Assembly (NCBI GenBank): GCA_963741205.1
Contig: CAVUHW010000020.1
Span: 256,001 to 320,000, forward strand
Length of the DNA stretch: 64,000 nucleotides
DNA from: Nitrospirota bacterium
GTDB lineage: Bacteria > Nitrospirota > UBA9217
Reading direction: 5' to 3'
Below the pieces are notes generated by a model. That model was not told the DNA's origin. It worked only from the letters and a program-made list of their open reading frames with translations, and ran no database searches. Shown in pieces: positions 31,277 to 43,204 of the stretch; the first letter of the stretch is position 1, and each line of letters opens with the position of its first letter. Position numbers and translations under genes: made by a program.

Positions 31277-31945
31277 TTATACTAGCATCCCGGGATCGTT
31301 TTTCTGGAGATACTTTATGACGAGGGCCGTGACCGCCGCTTCGGCAAAACCGAACACAAGGAGGTGTTGGAGCAGCATCGCCGGCACCGCGACCTGCAAG
31401 GGAAAGGGCGCGTACAGGGGCTGCCCCGACGACGAACGCTCAAGCACGGGCTGCAGACCCAATTGAATCGACGCAAGCAGCGCAGACACATTCAGGCTTA
31501 CGTACGAGGCAATCGCACCGGCGATCACCTTCCTGCGGCTCGCGGGGCCGGCCCCCGCGGCAACGGCGCGGTATATGCCGTAGCCGACAAACGAGCCCGC
31601 GATCGCCATATTAAAACAATTCGCGCCGATCGCCGTGATGCCCCCATCGCCGAAGAGCAGGGCCTGGATGATGAGCGCAGCCGAGACGGCGATCACCGCG
31701 GCCCAGGGGCCGAGCAGGATGGCAACGAGGGTGGCTCCGGTCGCATGTCCCGTCGTACCGCCGACGATCGGGATGTTGAACATCATGATGACGAAGGTAA
31801 ACGCCGCGCCGATCGCGAGATAGGGCGCCTGCTTGGCCTTGAGGGACCTGTTCAATTTCCAGGACGCCGCAACCCAGAAGGGGATCGTGATCCCGTAGAG
31901 GGTCCCATAGGTTGCTGGGCCAAGATACCCGTCAGGGATGTGCAT
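31277..31945 (-). CDS. cbiM: Ni/Co ECF transporter S component
   Basis: N-terminal MHIPDG metal-binding motif; GTTGH, GDGGITAIGAN. Confidence 0.93.
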   Translation of the reverse strand: MHIPDGYLGPATYGTLYGITIPFWVAASWKLNRSLKAKQAPYLAIGAAFTFVIMMFNIPIVGGTTGHATGATLVAILLGPWAAVIAVSAALIIQALLFGDGGITAIGANCFNMAIAGSFVGYGIYRAVAAGAGPASRRKVIAGAIASYVSLNVSALLASIQLGLQPVLERSSSGQPLYAPFPLQVAVPAMLLQHLLVFGFAEAAVTALVIKYLQKNDPGMLV

Positions 31946-32102
31946 GCAGGACCTTACGATACATAAAGCGGCCTCCGGCCGCAGCCAAACTCGATGCTGG
32001 GTATTTGATAATGGATTCTTGCTGAATACGGCAGATGTTGGATGCTGATTGGCTTAACCAGCATCAAGCATCCTGCATAAGGTATCCGATTAATCTACTT
32101 CT

Positions 32103-32865
32103 CTAAAACCTCCAGGCTGTCCCGGCAAGCACCGTATAATCCTGGGCATACTTGTTCAGCGCCGCCCGTACGCCGAGATCGACGTACCAGGATTTCGACA
32201 GATCATAGATGATCCCCCCGAGTAAGGTAAAAGGCTGCGAATGCTGCCCGCTCTTCTTCCCTGACTTCACCTGCAATCTCCGTCAGGATCCGGAACGAGT
32301 TCGTAATCCTGTACCCGGCGGCAAGGCCGAATGTTATGGCATAATTCTCTCCAAAGTGAAACTTTTTCAAGTCCTTGCCGAATACCTCGTACCCGACATT
32401 AACATGAAATATGCAGCTTTTACATTCCTGCGAATCAATGAGCTTGACGCCCCAGACCGTATTGTTCGTACCGAGCCCCTTGTTGACATCGCCGGACGGC
32501 AGATCGAGGAAAAACAGGTAGGCCATGGACTGTTTGACCTCGTTTTCAAAAATCTGGCCCTTCGCTGTTATCCGTACGTCTCCGATGCCGCTGGCGTTCT
32601 GCTCCAGCACCGGGCTCGGATTCAGCCAGAGATAAGGTACTTGAAGGGAGACATCCGTGTGATCGCCGGTGCCGCCAGTGATGATGCCGGTCCACTTCGT
32701 GGTTTTGAATTCATTGTCTTTCTCATAATCTCCGGCGAGTTCGAACAGGAAATTTCCCTTGCCCTCCGTTGCCGTGTCCTCGACCTCGAGAGGATGGCCG
32801 GCCCGCGCGATGGATGGCAGCAGCAGAATCGCGATGAGCAAAAGATAACGCATAAAATAAGCCAT
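32103..32865 (-). CDS. Putative outer-membrane beta-barrel 'transporter' (frameshifted)
   Basis: Signal peptide, HPLEVEDTAT, amphipathic strands, C-terminal ...AWRF. Confidence 0.6.
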
Positions 32866-33037
32866 TTCATCTCCCTGGTGCAAAGCAGTTAGGAAAGGTT
32901 ATACAGTAATTTATTTTTCGCGTCAACCGTCAATTTCTGTTGTCGCAGGGATTATCGCCTTGACAAATTTCTTCTCACTATGATACCTTTGGCACGACTC
33001 GTAATCAACGACCGTCCTATTTACCGACTGAAGGAGG

Positions 33038-33789
33038 ATGTACATGAAGAAAATCGTAATCGCAGCGCTCTTCGTGTTTTTGGCTGCCGTACCGGCAATG
33101 GCAAAGACCACGATCACTATTCCCGGCACATACACCCAGTCAGAATTTAAGGATCTCAGCACCGAGCTTGGACTGGCCATCAGTTATGTTCCCCTGTCGC
33201 CCGCTGAGCCGCTCGGGGGCCTTGTTCCGGGCTTTGACGTCGGGTGTAGAACTGACGGGAGCCCAGATCAGCAATAACAGCAAATTTTGGACTGATTTGT
33301 CCCCGGGGAACAAGCCTTCCGGCGTATCTGCCCCTTCCCAAGATCCATGTCCAGTTCGGCTTCCCGGCTGTTCCCATCGATCTCGGCGTGGTGTATTCAG
33401 CGGTGCCGGACACCGACATCAAGGTCATAGGCGGCGAGATCAAATTCGCGATCCTGAAGGGCGGCACAGTCATGCCAGCCGTCGCGGTGCGGGGTGCGTA
33501 TACGAAGCTCTCCGGGATCGACGACATCGATATGTCGACCACATCTCTCGATCTTTCGATCAGCAAGGGCATCCTGATGTTCACGCCCTATGCGGGAGTG
33601 GGCGAGGTTTGGATCACCAGTACGCCGAAGCCTGCAGTTCCCGGCCTCACCCTGGAGAAGGAAAACATCACCGAGACGAAACCCTTCCTGGGGCTTAAAG
33701 TCAGCTTTCTGCCTATTTTAAATATGGTGGCCGAGGCCGATTTCGCCAAGGTGAAGGCATATTCACTCAGGCTGAACCTTCACTTCTGA
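33038..33789 (+). CDS. Putative outer-membrane beta-barrel protein (frameshifted)
   Basis: Signal peptide, SPAEPLG, TPYAGVG, ends LNLHF. Confidence 0.6.
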
Positions 33790-33815
33790 TCTGTGACACC
33801 TCCCGACGCTCTCCT

Positions 33816-33850
33816 GAACCCCCGGTCATAAAACCGGGGGTTCTTTTTAT
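33816..33850 (+). terminator. Intrinsic terminator
   Basis: gaacccccggt-cataaa-accgggggttc-ttttt. Confidence 0.8.
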
Positions 33851-34004
33851 TTGGACCAAGTCATCCGTGCCTGCACCAGGTGGTTATCAGCTACACCGCG
33901 AGTGCAGGGTGTTGGGTGACACACGCCGTCACGGACGGCTCGTCCTGTGGGATTGGTCCATAAATTGGTTGCGGCTTGAAGACGCTCTATGTTATATTCC
34001 CTTC

Positions 34005-34788
34005 GTGGAAACCAAGCGAGAGGCCCCGATCATAAGAGTAACCGGCGATCGAGCCGAGGGCGTGATTGACGAGGTAGCGTCCGAACTCCCCATCAGGATC
34101 GTGCTGAACAACGAGCCGCTCGTGACGCTCCTGTGCACACCGGCCGAGCTCGAAGAACTCACCGTCGGATTTCTTTTTTCGGAAGGTCTTCTCCGCGACA
34201 AGTCATCGATCCGGACACTGGTTGTCGATGAGCGTGAACTGGCCGTATTCATCGAGCTCGCCGGCTTGCCGGAGGATTTTCCCAAGGCTTTCGAAAAGCG
34301 GGCCATTTCCTCGGGATGCGGGAAAGGCATCACGTTTACGAATTTCCGCGCAGACGCCGGCCCCCGAATTGACGCCACGCGGCCGCATCATGCGCCTCGA
34401 CGACATCAGACGACTGCTCGTGACATTCCGGAACATCTCTGCCCTCTATCAGGAAACGGGTGGCGTTCACAGCGCCGCCCTTTCCGATGGAAAGGACATT
34501 CTGCTCTTCTCCGAGGACATCGGCAGGCATAATGCCGTTGATAAACTGATAGGCAAGGCTTTCTTAAGATCGATTTCGCTTGAGGACAGGGTCCTTCTCA
34601 CGAGCGGCCGTGTGACCTCCGAGATCGTCACCAAGGCGGCCAGAAGCCGGTTCCCAATCCTCGTCAGTCGCGCGGCCCCATCGTGCATGGCCATAAGCAT
34701 TGCGGAGGATGCGGGTATCACGCTCATCGGCTTTGCCCGGGGAGACCGCATGAACATCTACACCTGGCCGAACAGGATCGCCTTGTAA
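34005..34788 (+). CDS. fdhD: Formate dehydrogenase accessory sulfurtransferase (frameshifted)
   Basis: GFLFSEG, SSGCG, TGGVHSAA, EDIGRHNAVDK, TSGR. Confidence 0.9.
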
Positions 34789-34913
34789 AGCGGTCCCACG
34801 TTAACCGAACCTTGAGACATTACGCTCGGCTACTGTTGATAAATCGCATCATTTCTGCTATTGTTGATATGGGTTTTCCGGGACCGGAAAACCTTTTCGT
34901 TTGAGGGAGAACT

Positions 34914-36632
34914 ATGAACAACATGCATGAATTCACTACCGAGCCCATGATCGCTTATTTTTCCATGGAGATCGGCGTGAAGAACGACATTCCCACTTAC
35001 AGCGGAGGCCTGGGGATCCTTGCCGGCGATACCATCAAGGCGGCGGCGGACCTGAAGCTGCCCCTGGTCGCCGTGACCCTCATCGACCGCAAGGGATATT
35101 TTTCCCAGGAAATCGACGCCGACGGCTGGCAGCGGGAAAAGCCCATGTCCTGGGACCCTGCAAAGTACATGACGCTTCTTCCTCAGAAGGTCCGGGTGCA
35201 GATCGAAGGCCGCGACGTCTATATCCAGGCCTGGCTCTACCCTGTGGTAAGCCCGACGGGAGGCAAGGTGCCTATCCTCTTCCTGGACACCGACCTCGAG
35301 GAGAACGCGGCGCAGGACCGGAGCATCACGGACCAGCTCTACGGCGGCGACAGCGTCTACCGCATCAAGCAGGAGGTCGTCCTCGGCATGGGAGGGGTGC
35401 GCATGCTCCAGGTCCTCGACTTCCACATCAAGAAGTATCACATGAATGAGGGGCATGCAAGCTTCCTCGCCCTCGAATTGCTCCTCCAATTCAAGCGCGA
35501 CATTGAGAGCGTCTGGGACGAACGGTCGGTGTGGGACATCGCCCGGGTGCGGGACCTCTGCGTTTTTACGACCCACACGCCGGTCGAAGCGGGCCACGAC
35601 AAGTTTCCCTACTCCGTCGTGAAGCAGGTGCTTGGAGAGATCATTCCTTTCGATGTCTTGAAAGATATCGCTGGCAAAGACAACCTGAACATGACGCTCC
35701 TGGCGCTCAGCCTGAGCAAGTACGTGAACGGCGTCGCCAAGAAGCACGGTGAGGTGTCGCAGCACATGTTCCCCAGCTACCATATCCACGCCATAACGAA
35801 CGGCGTGCATACCTTCACCTGGACCTGCGACGATATGGCACGACTGTTCGACAAGTATATTCCCGGCTGGGCGAACGAGCCGGAGCTCTTCGTCCGCTGC
35901 GGCAGCATCCCCGAGCTGGAACTCTGGGAAGCGCATCGCGAGGCAAAACGAAAGCTTTTGACCTATGTTGGGGAGGCGACCGGCGTTGTCATGGATCCGA
36001 ACGTCCTGACCTTCGGTTTTGCGCGGCGCGCGACGGCGTACAAGCGGCCCCACCTTCTCTTTCACGACATCGACCGGCTCGTCAAGATCGCGGAAAAAGG
36101 CAGGATCCAGATCGTCTATGCGGGCAAGGCGCACCCGAATGACGACAATGGGAAACGGCTGATCCAGGGCATCTACGGCTACCGCGACAAGCTCAAGGGG
36201 AAAATCGCGATCGCTTTTCTGCCGGGCTATGACATGGAGATCGCGCTCAAGCTCGTCTCCGGCGTGGACGTTTGGGTCAATACGCCGCTGAGACCCCTCG
36301 AGGCGTCAGGCACCAGCGGCATGAAGGCGGCGCACAATGGCGTGATGAACTTCAGCGTTCTCGACGGCTGGTGGATCGAAGGGCATATCGAGGGATTTAC
36401 CGGCTGGTCGATCGGCGCCAAACCCACGGAAACGGACAAGCCCGGCTTGTCGGACGCAGCAGACGCAGCCGATCTTTACGAGAAGCTCGAAAATCTGATC
36501 ATCCCGAAATATTATGACCCCAACAAGAGCGGGTGGAGCCGCATGATGAGAAATGCCATCAGCAAGAACGCCTACTACTTTAACTGCCACCGCATGATGC
36601 GCCGTTATGTGACGGAAGCGTATATCAGATGA
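34914..36632 (+). CDS. glgP: Alpha-glucan phosphorylase
   Basis: YSGGLGILAGD, HMNEGH, ARRATAYKR, EASGTSGMK. Confidence 0.95.
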   Translation: MNNMHEFTTEPMIAYFSMEIGVKNDIPTYSGGLGILAGDTIKAAADLKLPLVAVTLIDRKGYFSQEIDADGWQREKPMSWDPAKYMTLLPQKVRVQIEGRDVYIQAWLYPVVSPTGGKVPILFLDTDLEENAAQDRSITDQLYGGDSVYRIKQEVVLGMGGVRMLQVLDFHIKKYHMNEGHASFLALELLLQFKRDIESVWDERSVWDIARVRDLCVFTTHTPVEAGHDKFPYSVVKQVLGEIIPFDVLKDIAGKDNLNMTLLALSLSKYVNGVAKKHGEVSQHMFPSYHIHAITNGVHTFTWTCDDMARLFDKYIPGWANEPELFVRCGSIPELELWEAHREAKRKLLTYVGEATGVVMDPNVLTFGFARRATAYKRPHLLFHDIDRLVKIAEKGRIQIVYAGKAHPNDDNGKRLIQGIYGYRDKLKGKIAIAFLPGYDMEIALKLVSGVDVWVNTPLRPLEASGTSGMKAAHNGVMNFSVLDGWWIEGHIEGFTGWSIGAKPTETDKPGLSDAADAADLYEKLENLIIPKYYDPNKSGWSRMMRNAISKNAYYFNCHRMMRRYVTEAYIR

Positions 36633-36893
36633 AATGCGGAGTGCGAAATTAACCCAAAAAGATTCGCCAATAGACTCTGAGCGACAAAGTAGCTTTTTCC
36701 ATACTTCCATTCGCGTCTTTCACTGTTTTCATTCCGCTTTCCGCCGCGAGGAAACGACCAGAAAGGGCTCCGTCCCCATGTCGATGAGCCTGGTAGCGAA
36801 GCCCGGTGCATCGTTCGAGTGAAGCGTGGCGATGACCAAATGGCCGGCGGCGAAAGCCTTCGCGAAATGATTATCGACACCTCGGCATCGCAT

Positions 36894-36921
36894 TAAAGAA
36901 TGCTAACGGTGCTGCCGATAA
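36894..36921 (+). promoter_or_regulatory. Sigma-28 (FliA)-type promoter
   Basis: TAAA-16 nt-GCCGATAA. Confidence 0.55.
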
Positions 36922-37131
36922 GATATGCAGCGGGAAACGACCTGAACGTCATGCCGCGGAAGGATGTCGGGAGGCTGTCTCATCAAATAAATCCAAGGGT
37001 TACGGCAGCTTAACGAGAGATAAAACATGACGGCACTCGAGAGGCGTTACTCATGCGTTTCGATGCGTCGTGACTGTGTACGTCTCCGTATCGTTCCAAA
37101 AAAGACATTTCCGAGGAGGGATTCATCCCCT

Positions 37132-38262
37132 ATGCAAACCCAAAGCACCTTGAGCATTGCCAAAATAAATCAAGAAAGCTCTTGCTCCATGAAGGACAAC
37201 GGGAAAGGCATCCTGCTCATTGTCGATGACGACCCCTATGTGCTGGAATCCATTTCAACGCTGCTTAAAGAGTGTGGCCACACGGTCTTTACCTGCAATA
37301 ACGGGAGCGATGCCATTAAAATGATGGAAAAAGTCAGCTTCGATGCCGTACTGACAGACTTCAAGATGCCGCAGGTAACCGGCGTCGAGCTTTTACAGAA
37401 CATCCATGCTTATAATCAGCAGATCCCGGTCATCATGATGACCGCGTTCGCGGAATTGGATGTTGCCGTCGACGCCATAAAACGGGGCGCCTTCGACTTT
37501 ATCACGAAACCGTTTAACCCCGACTATCTGCTGCATGCCGTTGAAAAGGCGGTCAAATATACCCGCTTTGTTCAGATGGAAGTAAATTATAAAGCCATGT
37601 TGGAAGACACGGTCAAGCTGCGGACTCAGGAACTGGCAGACGCCCTCATGATGGTAAAAAAAATGAGCACCGAGATCATCCAGCGCCTGACTGCGGTTTC
37701 CGAATACCGCGATACGGACACGGGCGCCCACATCGCCAGGATCGGGCTTTACTCGAGCAGGATGGCGGAAGCTCTCAACATGCCCTCCGATTTCATCGAA
37801 ACGCTGACCTTCGCGAGCCCCATGCACGACCTGGGGAAGATCGGCATTCCCGACAGCATCCTGCTGAAACCAGGCGCCCTGACGAAGGAAGAATTCGAAA
37901 TCATGAAGACCCATACTTCGATCGGCCAAAAGATGCTTGTCGGGTCATCCTATCCGGGAATCCAGATTGCCTCGTCCGTAGCGTTGTTCCACCACGAGCG
38001 GTGGGACGGCAACGGGTACCCGAACGGGCTCAAGGGAGAAGAGATCCCGATCGAAGCCAGGATCGTCATGCTCGTGGACCAGTATGACGCCCTCAGGAGC
38101 AAGAGACCGTACAAGCCTGCGTTCGATCACGAGAAGACCTGTAAGATAATCACCGAAGGAGACGGAAGGACGATGCCGGAGCATTTTGATCCGACTGTAT
38201 TAAAGGCCTTTACGAAGGTCTCTCCCCTGTTCAACGAAATTTTCGAATCCCACCGGGACTAG
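37132..38262 (+). CDS. Response regulator with HD-GYP phosphodiesterase domain
   Basis: REC domain (VDDD, DFKMP, KPF); [16 protein letters not shown]. Confidence 0.93.
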   Translation: MQTQSTLSIAKINQESSCSMKDNGKGILLIVDDDPYVLESISTLLKECGHTVFTCNNGSDAIKMMEKVSFDAVLTDFKMPQVTGVELLQNIHAYNQQIPVIMMTAFAELDVAVDAIKRGAFDFITKPFNPDYLLHAVEKAVKYTRFVQMEVNYKAMLEDTVKLRTQELADALMMVKKMSTEIIQRLTAVSEYRDTDTGAHIARIGLYSSRMAEALNMPSDFIETLTFASPMHDLGKIGIPDSILLKPGALTKEEFEIMKTHTSIGQKMLVGSSYPGIQIASSVALFHHERWDGNGYPNGLKGEEIPIEARIVMLVDQYDALRSKRPYKPAFDHEKTCKIITEGDGRTMPEHFDPTVLKAFTKVSPLFNEIFESHRD

Positions 38263-38400
38263 TGCCGCCCGGGCGGCACGATGAGCCGTTGTCCCCACGT
38301 CCGCCCGGAATCCACGCCCCATTTTCCATCAAATTCCCCTCGGTAACTGCGCTCGATGACGATTGCTTGATTTATCTTCCGTTTTATATTATAGTTTCGC

Positions 38401-38889
38401 ATGCTTGATAAAATAAAGACCGTCGTTCATCTTCTTCCCCTCCTTGCTATCAGTCGCGCCGCGGGAAAGAAGATCGTTTTTACGAATGGTTGTTTCGACA
38501 TTCTCCACACCGGCCATACTCGCTATCTTGAGAAAGCCAGATCGCTCGGCGACGTACTCATCGTTGCTGTGAACAGCGACGCGTCGGTGCGCGCAATCAA
38601 GGGAGAAAAAAGGCCGATCAATTCCGAAGCCGAAAGGATGGAGACCCTGGCCGCCCTTGAATGCGTGGACTACGTCACGATCTTCAGCGAACCGGATCCT
38701 CACCGAATCATTTCCGAACTCCAGCCCGATGTTCTGGTCAAGGGCGGCGACTGGCCAATTGAAAAAATCATCGGGAGAGATGTGGTTGAAGCGCGAGGGG
38801 GAAAAGTCGTAAACATACCGTATATCGATGGCGCATCGACAACCGGCATTATTCAGAAAATCGTTGAGAAATACGGAAAGGAAAGATGA
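38401..38889 (+). CDS. rfaE2: D-glycero-beta-D-manno-heptose 1-phosphate adenylyltransferase
   Basis: [28 protein letters not shown]. Confidence 0.92.
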   Translation: MLDKIKTVVHLLPLLAISRAAGKKIVFTNGCFDILHTGHTRYLEKARSLGDVLIVAVNSDASVRAIKGEKRPINSEAERMETLAALECVDYVTIFSEPDPHRIISELQPDVLVKGGDWPIEKIIGRDVVEARGGKVVNIPYIDGASTTGIIQKIVEKYGKER

Positions 38890-38961
38890 GGAAATAACGT
38901 CATGTGACGAGGATGCTCTTGAAGAGATCGGTCGAATCATGGGAGTAGGATTTCACCCCCT

Positions 38962-39675
38962 ATGCGAATAACGCGTCGGACAATACTAATGATTCTCTTG
39001 ACGGCAGTATTGACTGCAGGTGCCGCCATACTCGCTCTAGGGCCCGGCTCCTCCCATCATATATTCAATCATCCTGTAACACTTTTTGATGTCATGATCG
39101 TGATTGTTCTCGTGTCGTCAATATTGGCAGCGTTCGCCCTGCTGCTCGTTCCGGAGACCAGCGACCCCCATCAAAAACTGAGTCAGGCTGCAATGCTGTT
39201 TCACAAGCGAACCCGCCCCGTGGCAGCGGAACGACTTATCAGAGAGGCCATCTATATTTTCAAACAGAATAACGATCAACTGGGTCTTGCTGCGGCATAC
39301 CAAATCTACGGATTCTTTTTTCGGTCCGCTTCAATTAAAAAGTGGCGGAAAACATATCGCGAAAGCGGTTTTTTCGACAAAAGCGCTGACTATGACTACC
39401 GATTGCTAAAATCGCTTGAGTATTTCGAGAAAGCCAAGGCCATATTTATGGAAAATAATAACTATGAAGGGCTGACAAATGTCAATTACAATTTAGGCGT
39501 CACTTACGAATACATGAACAATGTTTTCCTTGCCTGTCAGGCATACGACGAGAGCCTGAGCTGTTATAGAAATAATCTCCGGCAAAATCCGCAGAAAACG
39601 GGGGCTGAAGCAAGCGGATTTTCGGACTTCGAAAAAGTTGTGGACTCCTGTAAGAGGAGGGCCGGGTGTAAATAG
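38962..39675 (+). CDS. Membrane-anchored TPR-like protein
   Basis: Two N-terminal hydrophobic helices, helical repeats, YNLGVTY. Confidence 0.6.
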   Translation: MRITRRTILMILLTAVLTAGAAILALGPGSSHHIFNHPVTLFDVMIVIVLVSSILAAFALLLVPETSDPHQKLSQAAMLFHKRTRPVAAERLIREAIYIFKQNNDQLGLAAAYQIYGFFFRSASIKKWRKTYRESGFFDKSADYDYRLLKSLEYFEKAKAIFMENNNYEGLTNVNYNLGVTYEYMNNVFLACQAYDESLSCYRNNLRQNPQKTGAEASGFSDFEKVVDSCKRRAGCK

Positions 39676-39817
39676 CAGCCTTTAACCTCATTGCAGCGGG
39701 AAAGCTTCTTAAGAACAATTGCGTTACCTCGTGTTCAGCCCATAAAACTGGCGCTCATCAATGAACGCGGGACATCATGAAGGCAAAGATACAAGGGCTG
39801 TCATTCGAGGCGTGACC

Positions 39818-41578
39818 ATGCCAATCTCCGATGGGACCGATTCAAATAATCATGAGTCCTCCCCTGCTTTGTTCCGTCAACTTATCGCAGATGAGTGGGA
39901 TTTTCGCATGCGGGAAGACCCCTTATTCGCGACTATGACCGGTGACCACCGCTTCGACGACCGGCTGCCCGGCCTTTCCGAAGCGGACTTCTCGCGGCGG
40001 CTTGATCGCATGATCGAGTTTCGTTCTCGGCAAAAAGAGATCGATCGCGGCCTCCTCACCCCCGCAGAGCAGATTAATTATGATATTTTCTCCGGTCTTC
40101 TCGACCGGGAAATCGCCGAACTCCGGTTCCATGCCTACCGGATGCCCGTCACGAAAATTGACGGCTACCACGCCCTCTTCCCCCAATTGCCCCAGTTCAT
40201 ACCGCTTGAATCTTCCTCGGACTATGATAACTACATCGCCCGCCTGCGCGCATTCCCCCGGCTCGCGGACGATCTCATTGATGTCATGCGGATGGGACTA
40301 CGCAATGGGCAGGTGCCGCCGCGCGTGACCCTGGACACCGTGGTTGATCAACTAAGGACTCATATCGTTGACGAACCGGTTCACAGCCGACTCTATAAAC
40401 CCTTTGTGCGATTTCCGCGAGCGGTCCGGCAGGCAGACGGAGAACGTCTCGCCGCGGAAGGCCGGTCGGCGATCATGCAGGCCGTCGTACCCGGGTATCA
40501 GGCGCTGCTAAAATTTTTCGAGGAAGAGTACCTTCCGGCGGCTAGGACTGATATCGCCGCTGCCAACCTTCCTGACGGCCGCGCCTTTTATGCCCATCGC
40601 ATCCGCTACCATACCACGCTCGATCTGTCTCCGGACGCGGTGCACGCAACCGGTTTGGCAGAGGTCGAACGGATACGAGGAGAGATGGAGGACGTCATCC
40701 GGAAGACCGATTTCAAGGGATTTTTCCGGGAGTTCGTGGAATTCCTGCGCGTTGATTCCCGCTTTTATGTCGCTACGCCGGAGAAATTGATGAAGGAGGC
40801 GTCGTACATCCTCAAGCGCATGGACGGCGAGCTGCCACGGTTGTTCAAGACTTTGCCGCGCATGCCTTACGGCCTCCGCGCCATGCCCGAGGAGATATCA
40901 CCGGGCAATACCACGGCCCGCTACTGGCCGCCGACGGGCGACGGAACGCATGCCGGCGTTTTCTTTGTCAACACCTACGACTTGAAGAGCCGCCCGCTGT
41001 ACGAACTGGAGGCGCTGTCCCTGCATGAGGCGGTGCCGGGCCATCACCTGCAGCTTGCGCTCCAGAGGGAATCGGATGAACTCCCCAATTTCCGCCGCTT
41101 CGGCGATTTCACGGCCTTTGTCGAGGGATGGGCGCTTTATGCCGAGCGACTGGGGCTGGAGGTCGGCTTCTACGAAGATCTATACAGCGACTTCGGCAGG
41201 CTCAGCTTCGAGATGTGGCGCGCTTGCCGTCTGGTCGTGGACACGGGCATGCACAGCCTCGGCTGGACGCGCGGGCAGGCCATTGACTACCTGGTTGACC
41301 GTACGGCGCAGACTTTTTTGAACATCACAAACGAGGTCGACCGCTATATCGCGTGGCCCGGCCAGGCCCTGGCCTACAAGACGGGGGAAATGAAGATCCG
41401 GGAACTTCGCAGGCGGGCGGAAGATGCGCTCGGGCAGCGCTTCGATGTGCGCGAATTTCATGACGCGGTCCTCAGAAACGGCGCCGTGCCGCTCGGAGTA
41501 CTTGATAAGCTCATCACGAACTGGATTAAACTGCATGATCCGGACACCGGAAGCCGGAGTAAAGACGAACGGACCTGA
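39818..41578 (+). CDS. DUF885-family protein
   Basis: HEAVPGHHLQ, EGWALYAE, PGQALAY, FHD. Confidence 0.88.
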   Translation: MPISDGTDSNNHESSPALFRQLIADEWDFRMREDPLFATMTGDHRFDDRLPGLSEADFSRRLDRMIEFRSRQKEIDRGLLTPAEQINYDIFSGLLDREIAELRFHAYRMPVTKIDGYHALFPQLPQFIPLESSSDYDNYIARLRAFPRLADDLIDVMRMGLRNGQVPPRVTLDTVVDQLRTHIVDEPVHSRLYKPFVRFPRAVRQADGERLAAEGRSAIMQAVVPGYQALLKFFEEEYLPAARTDIAAANLPDGRAFYAHRIRYHTTLDLSPDAVHATGLAEVERIRGEMEDVIRKTDFKGFFREFVEFLRVDSRFYVATPEKLMKEASYILKRMDGELPRLFKTLPRMPYGLRAMPEEISPGNTTARYWPPTGDGTHAGVFFVNTYDLKSRPLYELEALSLHEAVPGHHLQLALQRESDELPNFRRFGDFTAFVEGWALYAERLGLEVGFYEDLYSDFGRLSFEMWRACRLVVDTGMHSLGWTRGQAIDYLVDRTAQTFLNITNEVDRYIAWPGQALAYKTGEMKIRELRRRAEDALGQRFDVREFHDAVLRNGAVPLGVLDKLITNWIKLHDPDTGSRSKDERT

Positions 41579-43162
41579 TGACAATCCCTGCCAATACCGA
41601 CGTGCTCATCGTAGGCGCCGGCCCGACCGGGCTTATGCTCGGCATTCAACTGGCCAGGCGCGGCGTGCGCGCCCTGATCGTGGACCGCAATCCCGGCCCA
41701 TCTGTCTACAGCAAGGCCCTCGGCGTACATGCACGCTCCCTTGAAATTTATTCGCATCTCGGGATTGCCGACCGGGCGATCGAGTTGGGTATACGCGCAG
41801 CAGCCGCCAACCTCTGGGTCGAAGGCCGCCGCGCCGCACGCGTGCCTCTCGGCGATATCGGCCGCGACCTGAGTCCCTACCCCTTTCTTCTTATATTGGC
41901 GCAGGACAGCAATGAACAACTGCTCGGTGAGGTCTTGCACGGCCTGGGTACGGAGGTCTCCTGGAATACCGAGCTTGTCGGTCTCAAGCAGCAGCCCGAA
42001 ACGTCATCGGCAACGCTGAGACTGGCGGACGGCTCGACCCGCGAGCTCGAGGCGCGATGGATAGCTGGCTGCGACGGCCCGCACAGCGCTGTTCGGAACC
42101 TCTGCGGTATCGACTTCCCCGGCGCGCCCTACGAGCACGTGTTTTATGTCGCCGACACGACAATGACCGGTCCCATGGCGCCTTCCGAGCTCAACATCTA
42201 CCTGCGGCGCAACGGGTTTAACATTTTCTTCCCGATGCGCGGGCAGGACCGCTGGCGGATCGTTGGTATCCTTCCTCAGGACCTGAACAGCAGGGATGAT
42301 CTGGCATTCGAGGCCGTAGCCCCGTCGATCCGCGAGCAGGTGGGCTCTTCTCTTGTGTTTCAGGAATGCCGCTGGTTTTCAACCTACCGCATCCATCATC
42401 GCCGGGCCGAACGGTTTCGAGACCGCAGATGCTTCCTGCTCGGCGACGCGGCTCACATCCACAGCCCCGTCGGCGGCCAGGGTATGAACACCGGCCTGCA
42501 GGACGCATATAACCTGGCGTGGAAGCTTGCCCTCGTCATAAGAGGACGGGCCGAAGAGGCTCTGCTCGACTCCTATGAGGCGGAACGCCTGCCAAACGCC
42601 ATACGACTGCTCAGGACAACGGACCGGGCGTTCTCGTTCGTCGTCTCCAGCCAATGGCTTGCGGGGACCTTTCGCATCCGGGTGCTCGGCAGGGCCGTCG
42701 CCTTCGCAATGGGCCGCGACCGCATGCGAAAGTTCGTATTCCGCACCATTTCCCAGATCGGCATCAACTACCCCGCGAGCATCCTCTCGGAGACACTTCC
42801 GGGCCTGCCCGAAGATGCGCCGCAGGCGGGAGACCGCTTCCCCTGGCTTCATCTCAAGTTCTCTCCGGACGCTCCTGCCGTGGACTTGTTCGCGAGGCTC
42901 GATGATACACGCTTCAATTTCATCGTGATCGGGCAGTCATTCTCTTCCCGAAGAACCGCCGGAGCTCGCCGGTCTCCTCGTTACCCACCGAGTACCCGAC
43001 GACCCGGCCAATGACCGGGAACTCGCACGCTTCCGGATACCGCAGCCGTCCTTTTATCTTCTGCGGCCTGACGGCCACATCGGGCTCGCCGGAACGAAGC
43101 TGGATGCTTCTTTACTACGCCGGTATCTTGAGGGGAGCCTGCATCTCCGAAGAGCTGGCTGA
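41578..43162 (+). CDS. FAD-dependent monooxygenase (frameshifted C-terminus)
   Basis: GAGPTG, GCDG, GDAAHIHSPVGGQGMN; LLRPDGHI in a shifted frame. Confidence 0.88.
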
Positions 43163-43204
43163 CCTCCTCGAGCGAGATAAGCTTCGCGCCTTCTCCGCAA
43201 GATG

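Noticed and set aside
31946-32100. Cobalamin or NiCo riboswitch upstream of cbiM
   Set aside because: No B12-box seen; the region is explained by gatgctg/cagcatc repeat arms
32980-33007. NikR-like operator (ATGATAC-N14-GTAATCA)
   Set aside because: Imperfect symmetry; cannot be distinguished from chance without a lineage-specific matrix
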